Shown: piece by piece, positions 57,804 to 64,000 of the stretch
How the letters are laid out: every line of letters begins with the position of its first letter
Numbering within the stretch: position 1 is the stretch's first letter
Source of the DNA: an uncultured Anaerolineaceae bacterium
Lineage (GTDB): Bacteria > Chloroflexota > Limnocylindria > Limnocylindrales > CSP1-4
Length of the DNA: 64,000 nt
Assembly: GCA_964650135.1 (NCBI GenBank)
Contig: CAZYTQ010000001.1
Location: 1,434 to 65,433, forward strand
Direction of reading: 5' to 3'
Notes under the pieces: model-generated
Told to the model about the DNA's origin: nothing
Database searches by the model: none
The model's input: only the letters and a program-made list of their open reading frames with translations
Position numbers and translations under genes: made by a program

Positions 57804-58516
57804 CAGCTGGCCGTGGCCGTGCGCGAGCGCTCGACCCGCCGCGTCCAGGCGGCCCAGTAGTCGTCGAGGAAGGAGGGCTGGTACTTCTGTGGCCGCAGGA
57901 TCTCGGCGTCCACCCTGGGGATGGGCACGAACGGCCCCAGCGCGGCGGCCGTGACCTGGAACCGGATGGCGCGCTCGAGGGTCACGGCCGTGAGCACGGC
58001 CCAGCGGATGTCCTCACCCGCGATGACCACGCCGTGGTTCCGCAGGAGCGCCGCGCGGCGGTGGCCCAGCGCGGCGGCGACGGCTCGCCCCTGGCTGGCC
58101 TCGGTCACCAGCGCCGGACCCTCGTCGTAGATGCCGATCCCGTCGGTGAACAGGACCGCGTCGTGGGTCAGGAACTCGAGCCCGGCCGTGGTCGCGCCAA
58201 GGGCCGTGCCATAGACCGGATGGCCGTGGATGACCGAATCCACGTCCGGACGAGCGCGATACACCTCGGCATGCATCACCGACTCGAGATGCTGCTCGGG
58301 TGCCTCGAACGCGTGGTCGTCATCGAGGTCGAGCGCGATCACGTCCTCGGGCTCCACCTCGTCGAGACCCACGCCCTTGCGCTTGATCCAGATGGTCCGG
58401 GCACCCGGCTGTCGGGCGCTCACATGGCCGAGGGTGAGGTCGAGGTAGCCCTCGGACGCGATGACCCGGCAGGCGATGGCCACCGAGTGGCGAAGCTCGT
58501 CGATCGTGGGCATCAC
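57803..58516 (-). CDS. Class II aldolase/adducin-family protein
   Basis: ~237 aa. SVIHGHPVYGTALG and HGVV histidine motifs typical of the fuculose-phosphate-aldolase fold. Confidence 0.7.
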   Translation of the reverse strand: MMPTIDELRHSVAIACRVIASEGYLDLTLGHVSARQPGARTIWIKRKGVGLDEVEPEDVIALDLDDDHAFEAPEQHLESVMHAEVYRARPDVDSVIHGHPVYGTALGATTAGLEFLTHDAVLFTDGIGIYDEGPALVTEASQGRAVAAALGHRRAALLRNHGVVIAGEDIRWAVLTAVTLERAIRFQVTAAALGPFVPIPRVDAEILRPQKYQPSFLDDYWAAWTRRVERSRTATAS

Positions 58517-58902
58517 TGGTCACTGCGCCGTTCGGTCGGCGGATACTCCGGATGCGCGAACGCGAACACCATCACGACCGGTTCGTTGCCTATACTCACG
58601 ACCGCGTGCCAGACGCCGGCCGGGATGTAGAGCGCGGTGCCGGCCTCGTAGGGCACGCGATCGGCCTCCATCTGGAGGTGGCCGGTGCCGCTCACCACGT
58701 AGGCGAGCTCCTCGGTCTCGTGGCTCATGAGCGCCGTCGTCGTGCCGGGCGCGAAGCTGGAGACCCCGAACGCGGTGCCTGCGCCGACGCGGCTGCCGCT
58801 CAGCACGATGCGGCTCCAGCCGCCATCCGCCAGGGGGATGGGCTCGACCGAATGGATGGGGATCGCCGCCACGCCATCGGGGCGTGTCACCGCATCGGTC
58901 AT
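58513..58902 (-). CDS. Cupin-domain protein
   Basis: ~129 aa. HETEELAYVVSGTGHL...YIPAGVWH two-motif cupin pattern. Confidence 0.55.
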   Translation of the reverse strand: MTDAVTRPDGVAAIPIHSVEPIPLADGGWSRIVLSGSRVGAGTAFGVSSFAPGTTTALMSHETEELAYVVSGTGHLQMEADRVPYEAGTALYIPAGVWHAVVSIGNEPVVMVFAFAHPEYPPTERRSDQ

Positions 58903-58910
58903 GACCCCGG

Positions 58911-59918
58911 TCACACGTCCCACTGGCCATCGCGGACGATGTAGCCGCTGCCAGCGCCGCCTTCGATGATCTCGAGGGTGGCTCCCCGGACCACGCCATC
59001 GAGGTGGAGCCGGCACGAGTTCTGGCCGCCGGGATAGGCGTTCCGGTTGTCGCCCATCGCGAAGTGGACATTGCCGATGCGACCCTTCTCGGACGGGGAG
59101 CCGAGCGGCGAGATGGCGCTGGTGCCGAAGGCGAACTCGGCCACGATGTCCACGTTGGGCACGCCCTCGATGACCCGCGCCAGCTCCTTCGCGTCGCGCT
59201 CGCCCTCGATCTTCACGACACGGCCGTCCTTGACGTGCCAGTAGATGGGGGAGCTGACCACATCGACGCCGATGCCCAGCATGTTGCCGGTCACGGCGAT
59301 GACACCGTTGGTCGCGTTCTCCACCGAGGCGTAGGCCACCTCTCCCCAAAGCGGCAGGGGACCCATCATCCAGCCACGCTGGCGGATGGGTGTGACCTGC
59401 AGCGGGGGCCGCTCCTCGATGGAGACCGTGACGTCCGTCCCCTCGGGGGTCCAGACACGGCACTTCCGGACACCCTCGAGCTTCTTCATGGCCGCGACGG
59501 CCCGCTCGGTCGAGTCGAGGATGTCCTGGACCTTGATGTCCCACTCGCCCATGCCGCCCTCGACCGAGGCGATCTTGACGTTGTTGGCGCAGGACTCACG
59601 GACCGCGTTGACATGGGCGAAGCGATTGGCCCACTCGAGGTTGGTCATGATGATGATCTCGTCCGCGGCGAGCATCGCGTCATGCAGGTTCTTGGGTGGC
59701 GCCATCGGGAACAGCGTGTCACCGAGGCAACGTGCCACCTGGGTCTCGTTGTTCATGATCACGGGCCACGCGCCCTTCTCGGCGGCGACCTCCGCGACGA
59801 CACGGGCGATGGCCGCGTGCTCGTCGTCCGTGATGATGGTCACCACGTCGCCCTGCTCCACCGTGAAGCAGGTGTTCACGATCAGCTCCGCGTGCTCGCG
59901 GACCTTGCCCTCGTTCAC
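58911..59918 (-). CDS. Peptidase-M29 (aminopeptidase T)-fold protein, NicX-like
   Basis: N-terminal LIVNTCFTVEQGDVVTIITD resembles the M29 N-terminus. ~335 aa. This fold family includes 2,5-dihydroxypyridine dioxygenase. Confidence 0.45.
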   Translation of the reverse strand: MNEGKVREHAELIVNTCFTVEQGDVVTIITDDEHAAIARVVAEVAAEKGAWPVIMNNETQVARCLGDTLFPMAPPKNLHDAMLAADEIIIMTNLEWANRFAHVNAVRESCANNVKIASVEGGMGEWDIKVQDILDSTERAVAAMKKLEGVRKCRVWTPEGTDVTVSIEERPPLQVTPIRQRGWMMGPLPLWGEVAYASVENATNGVIAVTGNMLGIGVDVVSSPIYWHVKDGRVVKIEGERDAKELARVIEGVPNVDIVAEFAFGTSAISPLGSPSEKGRIGNVHFAMGDNRNAYPGGQNSCRLHLDGVVRGATLEIIEGGAGSGYIVRDGQWDV

Positions 59919-60976
59919 GGTCGGGTCACCTCCACTGTCGCCGCGTCGGACCCTCGCAGGGCCGGCAGCACATCGCGCGCGAACCGCTCGACCTGCCCGA
60001 ACTGGTCGAGCGAGCCGAAGCGGCAGATGAAGTGGTCGACGCCCGCCTCCGCGAACGTCCGGAACCAGCTGATGATCTGCTCCGGGGAGCCCACCGGCCC
60101 CCAGTTGTCGAGACGTGTCGCCTTGGACAGCTCCGGGTAGTACTGGCTGATGTACTCGCCGAACGCGGTCCGCGCAGCCTCCTCAGAATCCCCGATGTTG
60201 AGCGTCACCTGATAGCTCACGGTCAGGCGCCTGGCGTCATCGCCCGTCTCCCTGGCCACCTCGTCGAGATAGCCCAGCTGCTCGACCAGCTCCTCCGGAT
60301 GCTGTGCCCGGCAGCAGGTCATCCAGCCCTCGCCGTAGCGCAGGATGCGCCGGCACGCATTCTTCATCGTGCGCACCATCTTCTCGTCGGCGGCATCGGT
60401 GACCAGACGCGGGTTGGACACGATCCAGAAGGGCGGGGGCTGCTGGATGGGCATCAGGGGCCCCATCTCGGTGCCTGAGTAGAAGCTGATGTCCGTGTAG
60501 TCGTACTGGGCCCCGTGGTGGGTGACGGTTCCCGTGGTCCACAGCTGGCGCACGATGTCGAGGCCTTCCTCGAAGATCGAGAAGCGCTTGTCGAAGTGGA
60601 GGCCAAGGGCGGCGAACTCGCGCTTCACCCCCTCCTCGGGGTTGCCGGCGCAGGGCCCGAAGATGGTCCGGCCGCCCGACAGCACATCGAGGGTCGCCCA
60701 CTCGAGCGCGAGGTACAGCGGGTTGCGTGGCGACGTGACGATGCACGCCGTCCCCAGCTTGACGCGCGAGGTGCGCTGCGAGAGCGCGGAGAGCAACGCC
60801 ATCGATTCGTAGCGGGGCTTGGAGAACAGTGAATCCCCGACCCACAGCGAATCGAACCCCAGACCCTCCACCGTCTGCGCCAGGTCGAGCAGCTCCGGGA
60901 TGCCATAGCCGGGCGCGATGAGCGGCTCCCGGTTGTTCAGGTTGACGCCGAAGCCCAGGGCGCTGGATGCCGTCAC
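59915..60976 (-). CDS. LLM-class (luciferase-like) flavin/F420-dependent oxidoreductase
   Basis: FGVNLNN...GFDSLWVGDSLF and TIM-barrel LLM layout. 4-nt overlap with the downstream gene. Confidence 0.7.
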   Translation of the reverse strand: MTASSALGFGVNLNNREPLIAPGYGIPELLDLAQTVEGLGFDSLWVGDSLFSKPRYESMALLSALSQRTSRVKLGTACIVTSPRNPLYLALEWATLDVLSGGRTIFGPCAGNPEEGVKREFAALGLHFDKRFSIFEEGLDIVRQLWTTGTVTHHGAQYDYTDISFYSGTEMGPLMPIQQPPPFWIVSNPRLVTDAADEKMVRTMKNACRRILRYGEGWMTCCRAQHPEELVEQLGYLDEVARETGDDARRLTVSYQVTLNIGDSEEAARTAFGEYISQYYPELSKATRLDNWGPVGSPEQIISWFRTFAEAGVDHFICRFGSLDQFGQVERFARDVLPALRGSDAATVEVTRP

Positions 60977-61165
60977 GGGCGCTGTGCCTCCTCCTCCGTC
61001 CTGTCGAACGTCCCCTCGGGATCACGTGTCAACAGTCGACATGACGCATCGTACATCCCTCGCCGCACGTCGTAAAGGCCGGTCAGGCCGGTCGCTGTGC
61101 CACCATGCGGCTCGTCCCGTGAGGGTGCGCATGGCCGCGCCGGCGGGTACACGAGGCACCGACGA

Positions 61166-61621
61166 GTGGCATCGATCACAGGCTTCTTCCACGGGGGCAT
61201 CACGGTCAGCGACATGGACCGCGCGCTCATCTTCTATCGGGACGGGCTGGGGCTGGAGGTCGAGTTCGACCGCATCCTCGATGGCCCGTATCTCAACACC
61301 GTGCTCGCGCTCGACCACACGAGCATCCGCGCGGCCTACCTGCGCATCCCCGGGGGCGGCTTCGTGGAGCTCCTCGAATACCGTGGCATCGAGCGGCTGT
61401 CGGCCGCGTCCCGACCCTGTGACCCTGGGGCCGGTCACCTGTGCCTGTATGTCGATGACGTGGAGGCGATGCACGCGCGCGTGGTCGGCCTCGGGTTCCG
61501 CGCCCGTTCCGAGCATGTCGTGGACATCACCTCGGGACCCAACCAGGGCGCGCGGTCCTGCTACCTGCTGGACCCTGATGGCTTCCCCGTCGAGCTGTTC
61601 CAGCGGCGACCAGGCGTCTGA
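61166..61621 (+). CDS. VOC (glyoxalase/dioxygenase-fold) family protein
   Basis: ITGFFHGGITVSDMDRALIFYRDGLGLEV...HLCLYVDDV. GTG start chosen at 61166 within ORF 61097..61621. Confidence 0.6.
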   Translation: MASITGFFHGGITVSDMDRALIFYRDGLGLEVEFDRILDGPYLNTVLALDHTSIRAAYLRIPGGGFVELLEYRGIERLSAASRPCDPGAGHLCLYVDDVEAMHARVVGLGFRARSEHVVDITSGPNQGARSCYLLDPDGFPVELFQRRPGV

Positions 61622-61778
61622 GGACAGCCCGCCCGGCGGTCATGGCACCCCCGCCCGGCGGGATGCGGCCGCCCGGCGCGACGGCCGAGGCGACACAGGA
61701 CATTCGGCCGAGGCGTCTCCCGGGGACCCGCTCCTAGCATCGGCGGCGTCGTCCCAGTCGCCCCGGAGGCTCTCCCTC

Positions 61779-64000
61779 GTGTCCTGGTGTCATGCGTCGC
61801 GTCGTGCCGTGAGCCTGCTCGCGCTCCTCGCCATCGGAAGCTGGTCAGGCGGCACGGCGCAGCCCGCGCATGCCCAGGCGGTCACCCCCGCGTCCGCACC
61901 GCTGGCCCCCGACTGCATCGCCGAGACCGAGGTCAACGACCAGCCGGAGCAGGCCCCCGAGATGCGCAGCGCGATCTGCGTCACGGGCACCCTGCCCGAG
62001 CGGCTCGACCAGGATCTCATCCTGTGGACGGTGGAGCCCGCCGAGGCGCTCATCACGTGGCGCATCACGGTCGTCGGCATCCCGACCACCATCACCTCGG
62101 TCCACGTGTTCGACATCCGGACCGAGCCGGGCGTGTTCCCCATCGACGCCCGGGAGTTCCTGCGGGTCGACTCGTCGGCGACCGATGACACCCCGGGCGT
62201 GGAGACCGGAGTCTCGCTGCGCGCGGGCACCTATCTCCTGGGGATCTCGCGGGGGGACCCGGCGAAGGGGCCTCCGGCTCCTCCGGGTGAGTACCGCGTG
62301 TCCATCGAGCGGGAGCTCGAGCTGCCACCGAACGGTGATGTCGAGCCCAACGACGACACATCCAGCGCGACGCCCATCCGTCTGCCGTTCTCGCTCGTCG
62401 GGGATGGCGCGGGGACACCCGACCTGTTTCGCTGGACGGTCACGGACGACGAGGCGGACATCCCCGTGCAGCTCGACCTGCGGACCGTGGCGGGCGACTC
62501 GCTCCGGATGCGCCTGCTCGACGCGGCTGGTGCCCAGCTCGCGGTCGCGGATGTCCAGCGTGACGGATACGCCCACCTGTATGACCTGGTCCTGCCGGCC
62601 GCCGATTACCTGGTGGAGATCGCCGGCAGTGGCGCGGGGCCGCTCGGCTACGTGCTGTCGAGCGGCACGCCCACCGACCCGGCAGCCGACGCCGAGCCCA
62701 ACGACGGTCCAGAGCAGGCGCTCTCGATGGACATCGGGGACACCCGCACCGGGCGTCTGGCGGGTGCCCGTGACATCGACCACTACCGGGTCTCCATCCC
62801 CGCGGATGCGGCCGGTCGCCGTCTGGAGGTGGCCGTGCGTGTCAGCAGCGCGGAACCGCGGCGCCTGTGCCTCATCGGCCCTGACCTGGACGAGATCCAG
62901 TGTCGGTCCGGCAGGGGCGACATCGTGCTGTCCAACCTCGTGCTGGCGTCGGGCGACCATCTCATCGAGGTGGACGGCACCGAGGATACGGAACACGGCT
63001 ATCGATTGTCCGTCGTGGATGCAGGACCCGTGGCCGCCGATCACGAGACGGAGCCCAACGACCTGCCCGACGTCGCCACGCCCTTCGACCCGTCGCTGGT
63101 GATGCACGGTCGATCGGCCAACGGCGACGACGACCACTACATGATCGAGGTGACGGGCGAGCCCACGGTGTGGCGCCTCGACGTGACCGGCACGGGCATC
63201 CGAGACGTGCTCTGGATCGAGCCCGACCGGGAGGTCCGCGGCACGGCCGACGTCGCGCGCGACGGGACCTCGGCATCGCTCTGGGACATGTACCTCATCC
63301 CGGGCCGTCACTGGGTGATGGTGGACACGACGGGCGAGGACTACACCATCACCATGACCCCGCTGGGCCCGCTCGCACCGGGCACCGAGCGAGAGCCCAA
63401 CGACGACGCCGACAACGCCGAGCCGCTGGATCTTGGCGTCGAGCGAACCGGCCGGCTGCCGGGACCGGGTGACACCGACGTCGTCCGCTTCAGCCTCGAG
63501 GCCGCGGAGCATCTCCTGCTGCGGCTGGAGCCGCCCGCCGACGACACGGTGCGCCTGCGGCTGACGACCGGTGGCACCGAGATCATGCGGACCCGCCAAC
63601 CGGTCACAGGTGAGCCCTTCCTCTACGACGCCTGGCTGGAGGTCGGCGACTACGAGGTGACCCTCACCACCGAGGGAGGCAGCATCCAGCCGTACCACCT
63701 GCTCGTGGAGCGTGGCGACCCCTGGGACCTGCCCGCGGACCTCGAGCCCAACGACGTGCGGTCAGCCGCTCGGGACATCCCGGCGGGTCTGGTCATCCGG
63801 GGCGGCGGCTTCGGCCAGCGTGCCGAGGACACCGACTGGTTCCGGATCCCCGCGACCGGGCTGGCCGACCGGGGCGAGGTGCTGGTGGTGCGCGCGCTCG
63901 GTGGCGAGCTGCGGGTGGACCTCACCGACGCGCAGGGCAGCCAGGTGGGCATCGATCCGGACGAGACACGCGGCACGTGGACCTCGCGCGCGCTGCCGCC
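61779..64000 (+). CDS. Large secreted protein, N-terminal ~740 aa only (no stop codon before the window end), composed of at least six tandem PPC-like (pre-peptidase C-terminal, PF04151-like) beta-sandwich repeats
   Basis: GTG at 61779 lies 9 nt after a GGAGG RBS. Signal peptide SRRAVSLLALLAIGSWSGGTAQPAHA. Each module starts E(P/V)ND...A.P(I/L) and carries the PPC hallmark DxDx(Y/W/F)R(V/F/I) (DLILWTV, DLFRWTV, DIDHYRV, DDDHYMI, DTDVVRF, DTDWFRI). The ORF is open in frame 0 to position 64000, so it is missing from the supplied ORF track. Confidence 0.7.
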   Translation, partial: MSWCHASRRAVSLLALLAIGSWSGGTAQPAHAQAVTPASAPLAPDCIAETEVNDQPEQAPEMRSAICVTGTLPERLDQDLILWTVEPAEALITWRITVVGIPTTITSVHVFDIRTEPGVFPIDAREFLRVDSSATDDTPGVETGVSLRAGTYLLGISRGDPAKGPPAPPGEYRVSIERELELPPNGDVEPNDDTSSATPIRLPFSLVGDGAGTPDLFRWTVTDDEADIPVQLDLRTVAGDSLRMRLLDAAGAQLAVADVQRDGYAHLYDLVLPAADYLVEIAGSGAGPLGYVLSSGTPTDPAADAEPNDGPEQALSMDIGDTRTGRLAGARDIDHYRVSIPADAAGRRLEVAVRVSSAEPRRLCLIGPDLDEIQCRSGRGDIVLSNLVLASGDHLIEVDGTEDTEHGYRLSVVDAGPVAADHETEPNDLPDVATPFDPSLVMHGRSANGDDDHYMIEVTGEPTVWRLDVTGTGIRDVLWIEPDREVRGTADVARDGTSASLWDMYLIPGRHWVMVDTTGEDYTITMTPLGPLAPGTEREPNDDADNAEPLDLGVERTGRLPGPGDTDVVRFSLEAAEHLLLRLEPPADDTVRLRLTTGGTEIMRTRQPVTGEPFLYDAWLEVGDYEVTLTTEGGSIQPYHLLVERGDPWDLPADLEPNDVRSAARDIPAGLVIRGGGFGQRAEDTDWFRIPATGLADRGEVLVVRALGGELRVDLTDAQGSQVGIDPDETRGTWTSRALP
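61929..64000 (+). repeat. Tandem in-frame coding repeats, period ~340-415 nt, each beginning with the 12-mer GAGCCCAACGAC (62343, 62694, 63051, 63393, 63744; degenerate first copy GAGGTCAACGAC at 61929)
   Basis: 12-mer positions read directly from the sequence. All are in the same frame as the ORF starting at 61779. Confidence 0.6.

Noticed and set aside
61845-63698. 617-aa minus-strand ORF and the 61870..63102 plus-strand ORF in another frame
   Set aside because: Both overlap the frame-0 plus-strand ORF that has an RBS, a signal peptide and repeated PPC motifs. The alternative frames give low-complexity Arg/Pro-rich translations.
1-64000. Mobile elements, integrases, toxin-antitoxin pairs, CRISPR arrays, tRNA/rRNA genes, restriction-modification or other defence systems
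   Set aside because: No transposase, integrase or recombinase motifs, no direct-repeat/spacer arrays, no structured-RNA signatures and no GC-content discontinuity were seen on either strand. The window is uniformly about 70% GC metabolic-gene sequence.

Overview
High-GC (~70%) bacterial chromosomal window, probably Actinomycetota-like (frequent GTG starts, GGAGG ribosome-binding sites, many 4-nt ATGA/GTGA gene overlaps). It is almost entirely coding and looks like a carbohydrate/sugar-acid/lactone catabolic island, with no rRNA, tRNA, CRISPR or mobile-element signals. From 1.5 to 38 kb there are several paralogous modules built from the same parts. Those parts are a LacI-family repressor, an ABC sugar transporter, SMP-30/gluconolactonase-family lactonases (3 copies), phosphotriesterase-family (PTE/PLL-like) hydrolases (3 copies), many SDR dehydrogenases, VOC/glyoxalase-fold proteins, an enolase-superfamily dehydratase, a muconolactone-isomerase-family protein, a fumarate-lyase-family (PcaB/CMLE-like) protein, RidA and a CoA-transferase. 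From 38 to 61 kb the content changes to a GntR-controlled cluster that suggests N-heterocycle or amino-compound catabolism. This cluster holds amidohydrolases, a BMP-family (nucleoside-type) ABC transporter, two class-V aminotransferase paralogs, a three-part molybdenum hydroxylase (the 2Fe-2S and large subunits are adjacent but the FAD subunit sits 8 kb away), an AiiA-like MBL-fold lactonase, an M29/NicX-like protein, a class II aldolase, an LLM oxidoreductase and a Zn-ADH. The last 2.2 kb encode the N-terminal ~740 aa of a large secreted protein made of at least six tandem PPC-like (pre-peptidase C-terminal) beta-sandwich repeats. This ORF is absent from the supplied ORF track because it runs off the window end. 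Candidate regulatory elements read directly from the sequence are a LacI-type operator (TGGTCA-AACGTT-TGGTCA), a GntR-type palindrome (GTTGAC-T-GTCAAC), a duplicated TTGACG-17/18-TAGCCT promoter upstream of two paralogous lactonase genes, and perfect intercistronic stem-loops after substrate-binding-protein genes. All functional calls are family-level inferences from motifs I recognise by eye; no database search was run.
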